From a virus, in IMG/VR virus record IMGVR_UViG_3300032285_003468, positions 5,214-69,213 of that record: DNA of 64,000 bases, one strand, 5' to 3'. The notes below the pieces were generated by a model. The model saw only the letters and a list, made by a program, of their open reading frames with translations. It was not told where the DNA came from and ran no database searches. Both the position numbers and the translations under genes were made by a program. This document shows positions 8,770 to 16,729 of this stretch, piece after piece. The stretch's first letter is position 1; every line of letters starts with the position of its first letter.

Positions 8770-9105
8770 ATGTTCACAAGAAAACAATACCTCGACCGGG
8801 AGTGCAATCACCGGGAGTACTACGCGCAATTTGTCACGCCCGGCGTGAAGCAAAGGGTACTCCAACGCTTCGGGATCGATGCCCTGAAGGCGAGTGAGGA
8901 ACCCTCCTTCAACGACCTCCCCCTTGCGGTATGGGACAGCCTCCTCGTCCCGGTCCCTTCGGAGATCGCCTCCAAGCTCCGGGAGTGTGGCGACTATGCC
9001 ACCCTTTCGGGATGCGTCTGCATCCTGAAGGAAGCCGCCCGGCAACTGGTGGAAGCCCGATCCACCCGGCATGTAACCCTGAAGACCTCAACCCTAAAAC
9101 CCTGA
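8770..9105 (+). CDS. Hypothetical early protein, reads through repeat 9064
   Basis: 111 aa; CGA sits where a TGA would precede the repeat. Confidence 0.8.
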   Translation: MFTRKQYLDRECNHREYYAQFVTPGVKQRVLQRFGIDALKASEEPSFNDLPLAVWDSLLVPVPSEIASKLRECGDYATLSGCVCILKEAARQLVEARSTRHVTLKTSTLKP

Positions 9106-9110
9106 CCACC

Positions 9111-9299
9111 ATGCAAAAGATGATCGACAACCTAATCAACGGCAACCTCCTCGACGCCCGCAAGGCGGCAAAGCGCTACGGGTTCATGAAGATCCGCCAG
9201 CACATGCTCGACCTCGGATACCCGGAGTCGGAGGCCAACGCCACGGCATGGTATCTCAAAGGTCTCATGACCTTCCAGAGGTACTGCGACTCGAAGTAG
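9111..9299 (+). CDS. Hypothetical early protein
   Basis: 62 aa MQKMIDNLING...; between repeats 9064 and 9301. Confidence 0.8.
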   Translation: MQKMIDNLINGNLLDARKAAKRYGFMKIRQHMLDLGYPESEANATAWYLKGLMTFQRYCDSK

Positions 9300-9350
9300 C
9301 ACCCGGCATGTATCCCTGACAGCACTTCAACCTTCAACACCCTGACCACC

Positions 9351-9677
9351 ATGACCAAAGCAGAAGAACTCACCATCCTCGACTCCGCCATCAACAAACT
9401 TGGGGCCGATAGCTACCTCGGACCTTGGCTCAACGAGATCCGCAACGAGGTCGAGGGCCTGATCCGGGCCGACCTCTTCCCTCACCTGTCTCTCGACGCG
9501 GCCCGCAAGAATGCCGCCGAGACCCGCGAGGATGCCCGCCGGGATGCGGAGGCAATCATCAACTCTGCCAAGGTGAAGGCGGAGAGCATCGAGGACCACG
9601 CCCGGAGATTGTCCGGGGAGATCCGCCAGAGGTGCGCTCACCTCCTCCGCGAGTCCCTCGACTCGCTCAAGGTCTGA
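9351..9677 (+). CDS. Coiled-coil early protein
   Basis: 108 aa, helical Ala/Arg/Glu-rich C-terminal half; between repeats. Confidence 0.8.
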   Translation: MTKAEELTILDSAINKLGADSYLGPWLNEIRNEVEGLIRADLFPHLSLDAARKNAAETREDARRDAEAIINSAKVKAESIEDHARRLSGEIRQRCAHLLRESLDSLKV

Positions 9678-9721
9678 ACCACCCGGCATGTACTGCTGAC
9701 CACCTCAACACCCTGACCACC

Positions 9722-9946
9722 ATGCAAGCCACCATCGAAAACATCGACCACCTTACCCGGGACGAGCAGACAGCAGTCAAGATTGTCGCCAGCACCATCA
9801 ACACTCCGATCAAGTGCAAGAGCCGGGAGGATGCCCTTAACTGGACCCGACTCCTCGAACCTTGGTTCATCTACGAGGGAGGCAACCACCTCGCCGTTCA
9901 CCGGGCTAGTGGAGACACTCGCAGAATCCTGATCGTCACCCTTTAA
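9722..9946 (+). CDS. Hypothetical early protein
   Basis: 74 aa MQATIENID...; ATG 41 nt after repeat 9681. Confidence 0.75.
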   Translation: MQATIENIDHLTRDEQTAVKIVASTINTPIKCKSREDALNWTRLLEPWFIYEGGNHLAVHRASGDTRRILIVTL

Positions 9947-9966
9947 ACTTCAACCCATCAACTATC

Positions 9967-10242
9967 ATGACCACCACCACCCAACACCTGATCGCAGTCG
10001 TCGTAAAATATCTCGGAGCAACTAGCTTCCGGGGGTCTCGCGTCAAGCTATCTCTTCCCCGGTTCAAAGCCTCCAAGACCATCTCCTACGATTATTCCTT
10101 CAACTCCTCGGAGGATATAGCGGAAGCCTACCTCAATAAGAACGGCATCGTCCCGGTTGGCGAGGCGGATCTCGGGGATGAACACCTCTTCCTCCTCTCC
10201 TGGGATGACATCAAAAAAGTCGAGTCGGTCCTCCTTTCCTGA
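9967..10242 (+). CDS. Hypothetical early protein
   Basis: 91 aa with KYLGATSFRGSRVK; A/C-rich leader, no repeat. Confidence 0.8.
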   Translation: MTTTTQHLIAVVVKYLGATSFRGSRVKLSLPRFKASKTISYDYSFNSSEDIAEAYLNKNGIVPVGEADLGDEHLFLLSWDDIKKVESVLLS

Positions 10243-10265
10243 ACCTTCAACCCCTGACCATCACC

Positions 10266-10502
10266 ATGAAAGCTATCTTCACCACTTATCAGCACTCCAC
10301 CATCGGCTTCCCCAAGGTCATCTTGAAATGGCATGAGGAGAACGGCAAGGCCCTCGGCGCTTATGTCACCCGGGACGGCATCATCATTGGCCCTTGGGCA
10401 TGGCACAACGACAACCCGGTGCCATTCTACCCGGCGGAGATCGAGCGCTTTGACCATCATGTCCGCGCTCAATATGCGGACGACCCGAGCGTGCAAGGCT
10501 AA
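10266..10502 (+). CDS. Hypothetical early protein
   Basis: 78 aa, standard leader. Confidence 0.75.
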   Translation: MKAIFTTYQHSTIGFPKVILKWHEENGKALGAYVTRDGIIIGPWAWHNDNPVPFYPAEIERFDHHVRAQYADDPSVQG

Positions 10503-10548
10503 AGCCACCCGGCATGTATTGTTGAACCTTCAACCCCTGACCACCACC

Positions 10549-10833
10549 ATGATCACCGCACAAGAACGCAAGAATGAAGTCGACATCCTCGACTACGAAC
10601 CCTACCTCGACAAGTACGGCAACGTGAAGCAGTACGGCCCGGACGAGATCCCTGATGCCCTGCATCCCTGCACCATCTGGACGTGTCTCGATGCCGGGTG
10701 CGAGTGTGACGCGGAGGAGGCTATTGACTGCGAGTGCGAGCCTGTCCGCATTGTCGCCGGGAAGCATTATGTCAACCGCTTGTATTACGTCATCACCCGG
10801 AAGCCTTGGGTGACTGGCGACGAGTGGGAGTGA
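10549..10833 (+). CDS. Hypothetical early protein
   Basis: 94 aa with two CEC motifs and HYVNRLYYVITRKPW; between repeats 10507 and 10839. Confidence 0.8.
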   Translation: MITAQERKNEVDILDYEPYLDKYGNVKQYGPDEIPDALHPCTIWTCLDAGCECDAEEAIDCECEPVRIVAGKHYVNRLYYVITRKPWVTGDEWE

Positions 10834-10887
10834 AATCCACCCGGCATGTATTACTGACAGCAACCTAACCCTAACCAACCCACACCA

Positions 10888-11262
10888 ATGACCACCACGC
10901 TTAACCTTAAAGACCTAGCCACCAAAGCAATCGTCGACTGCGACCCTGAAGATTACGTCGATCAGATCCACAACGCTATCCGCAAACCTGTCCGGGAATT
11001 CATCGATCAACTCCTCGCCGAGGAGGGTGTGCCCGAGTCTGGTAGTGGTTGGCAGATCGGAGACATTGAACTCCTGCTCGTGAAGCGCGACGCGGGTTAC
11101 GTCCCGAGTGTCCGCTCCCCGGAGTTGGATGCACCTGCTAGCACCTACGGCGAGGGCACCGAGGAAGAGGACCCGGCCGAGGCGCTGACCTTCGGGCTAT
11201 CAGATGCCCTTGCCTACGAACTCGCGGCCGAGTTGTCCCCGGAGGATGAGGACGAGGAGTAG
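10888..11262 (+). CDS. Highly acidic early protein
   Basis: 124 aa, D/E-rich C-terminus; between repeats. Confidence 0.8.
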   Translation: MTTTLNLKDLATKAIVDCDPEDYVDQIHNAIRKPVREFIDQLLAEEGVPESGSGWQIGDIELLLVKRDAGYVPSVRSPELDAPASTYGEGTEEEDPAEALTFGLSDALAYELAAELSPEDEDEE

Positions 11263-11304
11263 ACCACCCGGCATGTATTACTGACACCTAACCAACCCAC
11301 ACCC

Positions 11305-11505
11305 ATGAGCAAAGCAACCACCTATCCCATCGAACTCACCAAGACAGAATTGGAGGCCGCGATCTTCGCCGTCGATCAGATGCTTCAAACCATCGAGTCG
11401 GACGACGAGTTGTCCAAGGACCCCCGGATGGCCAGGCAATACCGGGCCCTGAAAAAGGCTTATACGAAACTCTACCTACCAGCAGTCCACGCATTCATCT
11501 CCTAA
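11305..11505 (+). CDS. Hypothetical early protein
   Basis: 66 aa after repeat 11266. Confidence 0.75.
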   Translation: MSKATTYPIELTKTELEAAIFAVDQMLQTIESDDELSKDPRMARQYRALKKAYTKLYLPAVHAFIS

Positions 11506-11514
11506 CCAATACCT

Positions 11515-11649
11515 ATGACCACCATCAAGAAAACATCCATCCAAGCCTCCGGGCTCTTAATCGTCGGGCTGACCTTCGTCGGCTTCGTAGCCATCGTACC
11601 CCTCACGATGTTCACCATCTCTCGCATCATCTACTGCTTCTACAAATGA
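11515..11649 (+). CDS. Small membrane protein, 44 aa
   Basis: MTTIKKTSIQASGLLIVGLTFVGFVAIVPL...; stop overlaps next ATG. Confidence 0.6.
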   Translation: MTTIKKTSIQASGLLIVGLTFVGFVAIVPLTMFTISRIIYCFYK

Positions 11650-11993
11650 TCCCGGACCCTAACGCACTGGACCCCTGCGACCCTGATTCTCCGCAACCCG
11701 AGCGCCGTGTTAAGGAACTCAAGCCCGGGGTTGTCTACCGCGTCCTCTGCGCGGAGTGGGAGAGCAATGTCAAGCCGGTCCGCCGGTGGGACTACGGCAT
11801 CCTCAACGAGGAGACCGGAGGTCTATATCTCACGTCCGGGGGTTGCTATCCTTCCGACTGGATCCCCGAGGAACACTACTGGATCGAGGAGACTGATCAT
11901 CCGTTCGAGGAGTATGTCCCCAAGGTCAGGAAGGGCATGGCTCATTCCCGGGCAGTCGGGGAATACTGCGAGTCCCGGAACTGGTACGATTAA
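11646..11993 (+). CDS. Hypothetical protein
   Basis: 115 aa, ATGA-coupled to the previous ORF. Confidence 0.7.
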   Translation: MIPDPNALDPCDPDSPQPERRVKELKPGVVYRVLCAEWESNVKPVRRWDYGILNEETGGLYLTSGGCYPSDWIPEEHYWIEETDHPFEEYVPKVRKGMAHSRAVGEYCESRNWYD

Positions 11994-12064
11994 ACCTGAA
12001 AATCTTACTTGGCATGTATAGGTGACAGCAAACCCTTAACCCTTACCCCTGACCACCGACCATC

Positions 12065-12283
12065 ATGAAACAAAAGATCAAACGTCTGGCCGAAAAACTC
12101 GGATGTAAATTTACCGACGAAACTCCCGGCGACCAGGTGATCTATGTCGATGCCCCGAAGGGTATGTGGTTCCAACATTCCTTCGAGGATTCTCTGGTCT
12201 ACGGGCTGGAGGAAGATCGCTCCGGGAGTCTTCGTGAATGCTACGAGGCCCTGAAGATGGGTCTCATCCCGGCGAGAAACTAG
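12065..12283 (+). CDS. Hypothetical early protein
   Basis: 72 aa between variant repeats 12007 and 12282. Confidence 0.8.
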   Translation: MKQKIKRLAEKLGCKFTDETPGDQVIYVDAPKGMWFQHSFEDSLVYGLEEDRSGSLRECYEALKMGLIPARN

Positions 12284-12332
12284 TCGGCATGTATTAGCGA
12301 ACCAACCACCACCAACCCACACCGCCCGCACC

Positions 12333-12560
12333 ATGAAATACCGCATCGAAGGCACTCACCGGAACCGCACCTCGTATGTCCTCACCGGGGAGGGGACCAA
12401 CGAAAAGATCCTGTTCGTGATCGAGCGGGAGGATAGCCACTTCATGAACTCGGTCACCGGATCGACTTACATCGTCCGGAAATGCGAGACCCACCACGAT
12501 AGCTTTCTGGCCGATAGCTGGAGAGAGGTGGCTCAGAAACTTCACGCCCTGCTTTCCTAG
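12333..12560 (+). CDS. Hypothetical early protein
   Basis: 75 aa between repeats 12282 and 12569. Confidence 0.8.
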   Translation: MKYRIEGTHRNRTSYVLTGEGTNEKILFVIEREDSHFMNSVTGSTYIVRKCETHHDSFLADSWREVAQKLHALLS

Positions 12561-12617
12561 TCGGTCTCACCCGGCATGTACTAGCAAACACCAACCCACC
12601 AACCCACCACCCGCACC

Positions 12618-12926
12618 ATGACGACACTTCTCAGCAAACCCGTTCGCCGCAAAACCCGCACGACCCTTGGATGGGGTTACGGCGCTGACACCGGCCGCCA
12701 TCTGGTGGTCACGATCGAGTCGTCCAGCAAGGGCGACACCCTCAAACTGCGCCCCCTCGGGACGCGCCGCGAGGAAGCGGTCCTGATCGAGGACATCTAC
12801 CATTGGGCGATCCGTAGCCGTTGCCAGAAGGCGCACCTTGAGAAGGCCCGCGCCCGGAAGGAGGCCCTCCGCGCTCGCCGTGAGGCCGCCGAGATCCGAC
12901 GTAGGTTCCGGGTCACGATCAAGTAG
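12618..12926 (+). CDS. Basic early protein
   Basis: 102 aa, Arg/Lys-rich; follows the last repeat. Confidence 0.8.
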   Translation: MTTLLSKPVRRKTRTTLGWGYGADTGRHLVVTIESSSKGDTLKLRPLGTRREEAVLIEDIYHWAIRSRCQKAHLEKARARKEALRARREAAEIRRRFRVTIK

Positions 12927-12961
12927 TCGGACAACACTCACCAACCCCTAACCCCACACCC

Positions 12962-13537
12962 ATGACCACACCCACCACCAAGCTAGCAGTCCTCCCCCGG
13001 TTCCCGGGATTCTACGAGTCCATCCTCACGAGCATCATCGACCGGGAGATGGAGTACGAGATGCAAGAGAGCGGAGACAACTACGACGAGATCGAGAAAC
13101 GTTTTGATTACGGCGAGGCAATGGAGTCGGTAGCCCGGGGATGGGTGCAAGCCTTTGCCCAGGAAACCGGAGTGCCTGTGGAGTTTGAGAGTCTCAAGTC
13201 TCCGCGCCAGTACAATTTCACTACCGACCGGGTCTATGTCTTGTTGCCCGAGTCCTATGTCATCAAGATGCGTGAGGAGGTAGACCCAAACACCCTCCGG
13301 TCCGTTGTCGAGAAATACTTCACCAGTTGCGACGGGTTCATCTCTCACTACTCGCCTGACATCGAGGACGATTCTTGGAAGCGCCCGGTAACCGAGTGGG
13401 ACCACAATGAACTCATGGCCTTGCTGGATGCTTGGCTGACCGACCTCGGCCATGACGATTGGGATTTCGAGGAGACCCTTTCCGACAATCCCCTTGTCTA
13501 TGAATCCGCGCAAGGGGGATGGAAACAAATCCCTTGA
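12962..13537 (+). CDS. Acidic phage early protein
   Basis: 191 aa with FPGFYES, SPRQYNFTTDRVYV and FTSCDGFIS motifs I recognise from phage early regions; function unknown. Confidence 0.85.
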   Translation: MTTPTTKLAVLPRFPGFYESILTSIIDREMEYEMQESGDNYDEIEKRFDYGEAMESVARGWVQAFAQETGVPVEFESLKSPRQYNFTTDRVYVLLPESYVIKMREEVDPNTLRSVVEKYFTSCDGFISHYSPDIEDDSWKRPVTEWDHNELMALLDAWLTDLGHDDWDFEETLSDNPLVYESAQGGWKQIP

Positions 13538-13586
13538 CCAATCACCACACACCACCACACACTAACCACCCTACCTTAAACATTCT

Positions 13587-13772
13587 ATGCACGACCCGAC
13601 CCTCGATGCCGCGTTGGCGTTTGTTCGCCGTCAGACACCTCGACTTTGGATCCGGCTCTTTGAGCCCCATCCGACTTCGCAACCATTGCTTAACTGGAGT
13701 CCCTTCCTCATGCACCTGGAGCAGCGCGGGCTGATTGGATCACCCCGGTATCAATCCACTATCACGCCATGA
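13587..13772 (+). CDS. Hypothetical protein
   Basis: 61 aa after an A/C-rich leader. Confidence 0.6.
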   Translation: MHDPTLDAALAFVRRQTPRLWIRLFEPHPTSQPLLNWSPFLMHLEQRGLIGSPRYQSTITP

Positions 13773-13942
13773 ACCGCCCACCCTCACGCAAGCACATAGC
13801 CTCTATGAATCAACGGATCAAAGAGTTTGAGACTCGCGCATCCGGATCCAACTCAAACCCCTGTAGGGTGTGGGTATCTGAAATTGATCATCACAAATTC
13901 ACCGGAAATTCCAACAAACCAACCCCTAATAAATCCGTATGA
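13769..13942 (+). CDS. Hypothetical protein, 57 aa
   Basis: ATGA overlaps with neighbours at both ends. Confidence 0.5.
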   Translation: MNRPPSRKHIASMNQRIKEFETRASGSNSNPCRVWVSEIDHHKFTGNSNKPTPNKSV

Positions 13943-14148
13943 ACTCCATCACCATGCTAAAAGAAGTTGAAGATTGCCTTGCCTTTGCTCTCAAGCAAGC
14001 GGACGCCTGTGGTTCCCTTGGCTACGTCCCGATCACCCGCGCCCGGGCTAAGACTCTGCTGAACGACGTCCGGAAGATCCGCCATGAGGAGAAGTCTGCT
14101 CCTCGTCCCCAATCGCGGCCCGAGCCTGCTTGGCTATCTGCGCCCTGA
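13939..14148 (+). CDS. Hypothetical protein
   Basis: 69 aa; 3' end overlaps the convergent gene. Confidence 0.55.
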   Translation: MNSITMLKEVEDCLAFALKQADACGSLGYVPITRARAKTLLNDVRKIRHEEKSAPRPQSRPEPAWLSAP

Positions 14149-14497
14149 GATGTTTGATGCACCTCTCAGTCAGGTTGTCGAGGAGGTAGGCGGCGGCCTC
14201 TTCGTTGCCCTCTTCCTCCTTAACCCCGGCCGCATGCAGTACGTTAAACGTCGCATGGCACAACTCATGCACAAGAATGCTGATGCCGTGCGGCGTATCG
14301 TCGTACTTGTGCATAAAAATAAAATTACCAGCGGTGGTGTAAAAGGTAACCGCGTCCTGGGCATCGTAATCCTCCAGGTCTACGTCCTGATCAATTTTCT
14401 TTTTCTTCAGCCACACGTAGGCATCCTCCTTGGAGCATGGGCAGAACAAGTACAACGCGTTCTTGTATGGGTCTATTGTGAATCTTTTAGGCTTCAT
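14048..14497 (-). CDS. Putative zinc metallopeptidase-like protein (HExxH)
   Basis: LVHELCH plus downstream EEAAAYL. Confidence 0.65.
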   Translation of the reverse strand: MKPKRFTIDPYKNALYLFCPCSKEDAYVWLKKKKIDQDVDLEDYDAQDAVTFYTTAGNFIFMHKYDDTPHGISILVHELCHATFNVLHAAGVKEEEGNEEAAAYLLDNLTERCIKHLRAQIAKQARAAIGDEEQTSPHGGSSGRRSAES

Positions 14498-14913
14498 ATT
14501 GTGGGTTCCATGTGTGCCCCGATGTCCAGCAACCCTGCATGGCGCTCCCTATGACACCGGCAACAAAGAAGAAGACATTTGGCGGCCTCTTCGATCGCCT
14601 GTTGCATATAGCTCCGGATGTCGCTGACACCCTTGACCTTGTCTTTGGGGTCGATGTGATCGAACTCCAAGGCTTCGAGGCACTTGTCGTATCCGCATAC
14701 CGCGCAAGCGGCCCCGTGGGAAGCCTTCAGCTCCCGGGAGATTCTTCGGCGTCGGCTCCGGTTTCGGTACACCACCTTTTCCTTGGCACCGGGAGTCAGG
14801 AAATAATGGACGCTCGCGGGACTGCACGGGATTGCTTTGGCGATGGCTTTATAGCTCATGCCTCGCGATCGGAGTGCTTTAATTTGGTCGCCGAGAATAG
14901 TCACAAATGCCAT
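14494..14913 (-). CDS. HNH endonuclease with N-terminal HTH
   Basis: GMSYKAIAKAIPCSPASVHY; CAVCGY, LEFDHIDP, CCRCHRERH. Confidence 0.9.
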   Translation of the reverse strand: MAFVTILGDQIKALRSRGMSYKAIAKAIPCSPASVHYFLTPGAKEKVVYRNRSRRRRISRELKASHGAACAVCGYDKCLEALEFDHIDPKDKVKGVSDIRSYMQQAIEEAAKCLLLCCRCHRERHAGLLDIGAHMEPTI

Positions 14914-14974
14914 AAGGAGTACCTTGATACGAACCCCCCGGTCAATGGTATATTACTTTTGTGCGTTCCTCCGC

Positions 14975-15002
14975 TTGACAACGCAAAAAAGTACCCTAAT
15001 GT
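14975..15002 (+). promoter_or_regulatory. Sigma70-like promoter
   Basis: TTGACA (14975-14980), 16 nt, TAATGT, ahead of ATG 15028. Confidence 0.45.
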
Positions 15003-15027
15003 GCGCGACTTTAACCATATTAACACC

Positions 15028-15261
15028 ATGACCATTGCCTCAAATCCTACTATACAAGACCTTCTCAACCTCCTTGATGACCACACCCTCGAACGATTGT
15101 CTCAGCGACTGCATCAGGTTTTTAAAGATTCGACTGATTCCGACAAGGCTCAACTCCTCTTTGAATACATCGAGGCGGGTGTGGCGGCCGAGGAGGAATA
15201 CGAAACCTGCCCCGATCGTCTGGTGATGGTCCAGGCAGTTTTAAATCAACTAAACCCCTAA
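15028..15261 (+). CDS. Hypothetical protein
   Basis: 77 aa MTIASNPTIQDLL... Confidence 0.7.
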   Translation: MTIASNPTIQDLLNLLDDHTLERLSQRLHQVFKDSTDSDKAQLLFEYIEAGVAAEEEYETCPDRLVMVQAVLNQLNP

Positions 15262-15263
15262 TA

Positions 15264-15458
15264 ATGAGTTCCTTATTCAACAATTCTGCCCTTAAAAAGC
15301 ATCTTCTTGAACGGATCAAAGTAGTCAATCCCGGGCGCGGAAACAAGTTTACCCAGGTCTCGGCTCAAGCCGTCATTGATCTGGACGCCCGTTTTCGTGC
15401 GGTTGTCGACGCGTACCTCCGCGCACAAACCACCGGCAAGACAATCACCACCCCGTGA
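15264..15458 (+). CDS. Candidate histone-fold protein, alpha3-truncated type
   Basis: Pattern LFNNSALKKHL...QVSAQAVIDL...GKTI resembles bacterial histone Bd0055 by eye. Confidence 0.5.
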   Translation: MSSLFNNSALKKHLLERIKVVNPGRGNKFTQVSAQAVIDLDARFRAVVDAYLRAQTTGKTITTP

Positions 15459-15513
15459 TTTTCTTGTTGACGGCATCACATACCACAACCAACATACGAA
15501 CCATTCGATCCTT

Positions 15514-15849
15514 ATGACTACCAAAGACCATCCCGGGAGTCCGGAAATTACACTCCATTCCTCGTTTCGCGAGGGGGGTTCTGACCTTCATGAAATCCTA
15601 AATTGCGCAGTTTCTTTTCTCCGGGGGGATTGCGGCGAACTTGACGATGAGGATTCCGTCATGGAATTCCTCAGCAAAGGAATTAAGAACGAAATCCGTT
15701 ATGGGGTGTACGAAACCGAGACCGGGGGCCGCGTTCACGTGATCGGTGACGACAAAAATCTAGCTATTGTTCCGGACATCATATTCGCGCAGGGGGTTCA
15801 TGGCGCTCCCCCTTGTGAAGATTCCAACTGCGAGTGCCGAAAACTCTGA
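15514..15849 (+). CDS. Hypothetical protein
   Basis: 111 aa MTTKDHPGSPE..., acidic. Confidence 0.7.
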   Translation: MTTKDHPGSPEITLHSSFREGGSDLHEILNCAVSFLRGDCGELDDEDSVMEFLSKGIKNEIRYGVYETETGGRVHVIGDDKNLAIVPDIIFAQGVHGAPPCEDSNCECRKL

Positions 15850-15853
15850 CCAC

Positions 15854-16111
15854 ATGGCCACAAAACGTAATTACTCCTACGATAAAAAGTACGAGTCCTC
15901 CCCGGAACAAATCAAAAACCGGGAAGCTCGTAACCTCGCTCGCGCTCACGCCGCCAAGAAACTTGGCAAGTCTGCGATCCGGGGGAAAGACATCGACCAC
16001 ATCAAACCACTATCACGTGGCGGATCCGCTTCCGATAGCAATACCCGCGTTCGCTCGGTGTCTAGTAACCGGGGGGACAAATCCATGTTCGATCACCGCC
16101 ACGGAAAATAA
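15854..16111 (+). CDS. Small HNH-family protein
   Basis: GKDIDHIKPLSRGGS..SNTRVRSVSSNRG. Confidence 0.8.
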   Translation: MATKRNYSYDKKYESSPEQIKNREARNLARAHAAKKLGKSAIRGKDIDHIKPLSRGGSASDSNTRVRSVSSNRGDKSMFDHRHGK

Positions 16112-16124
16112 CCCAATCAAAACC

Positions 16125-16310
16125 ATGTTTGTTAAAATCAAAAACATCTATATCAATACCGATCACGTCAGCATGATCTCCCTCAAGGAAGACTGGACCC
16201 TCGTCGTGGATTTCTCTTACTCCAAAGAGGATGGTCAGCCGGTATTCCTAGCCTTCTCTTTCGACGACGAAGAGGCGGCCAATGCGGCGCTTAACACCCT
16301 CCTCGCATGA
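16125..16310 (+). CDS. Hypothetical protein
   Basis: 61 aa MFVKIKNIYINTDHV... Confidence 0.7.
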   Translation: MFVKIKNIYINTDHVSMISLKEDWTLVVDFSYSKEDGQPVFLAFSFDDEEAANAALNTLLA

Positions 16311-16645
16311 GCAAAGAGACCATTCACCAAGACCAAGAGGCTCACGATCAGGTCATCCAACATGACGTGACCCTGGCGATCGTCAAGGCTGAGGAGTCCG
16401 GTCATCTTGCCGGTATCGAAGCCCCGGTCTATGCCTGCCACACCTTCCTGCCTACGGGAGGGGGAGACGTCTATGCACGAGTGATCACCCGTCAGCTCAA
16501 TCACCTGGCGAAACAGCTTGGCGTTCTGGGATTCCAGGTTCTCTACAAAGAGGACACCTTTAAGACCGATGCCATCAAGCCAGACCACGGGTATTTCCAG
16601 ATTCGTGTTTTTGCGGATACCCCCGCCACAACGGACGAAGAGTAA
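16307..16645 (+). CDS. Hypothetical protein
   Basis: 112 aa, ATGA-coupled. Confidence 0.7.
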   Translation: MSKETIHQDQEAHDQVIQHDVTLAIVKAEESGHLAGIEAPVYACHTFLPTGGGDVYARVITRQLNHLAKQLGVLGFQVLYKEDTFKTDAIKPDHGYFQIRVFADTPATTDEE

Positions 16646-16729
16646 CCTTCCCCCCATTACACTACAAACTGAACGCCCGGGATGCGAGGCGTGGCGGTCC
16701 GGAGAGACGGACACAACCCTTAAAACAAT

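Larger units (their letters stand above)
7056..12580 (+). repeat. Dispersed intergenic element ACCCGGCATGTA-N4-TGA, 12 exact and 3 variant copies
   Basis: Exact 12-mer at 7332, 7931, 8106, 8370, 8723, 9064, 9301, 9681, 10507, 10839, 11266, 12569; variants at 7056, 12007, 12282; all on + strand, 29-58 nt before an ATG. Confidence 0.97.

Noticed and set aside
7056-12580. CRISPR array or classical integron
   Set aside because: Intervals are about 175-830 bp of intact ORFs, the repeat is only 12-19 bp, there is no attC-like hairpin or GTTRRRY core, no cas genes, and the recombinase is 45 kb away beside its own attP
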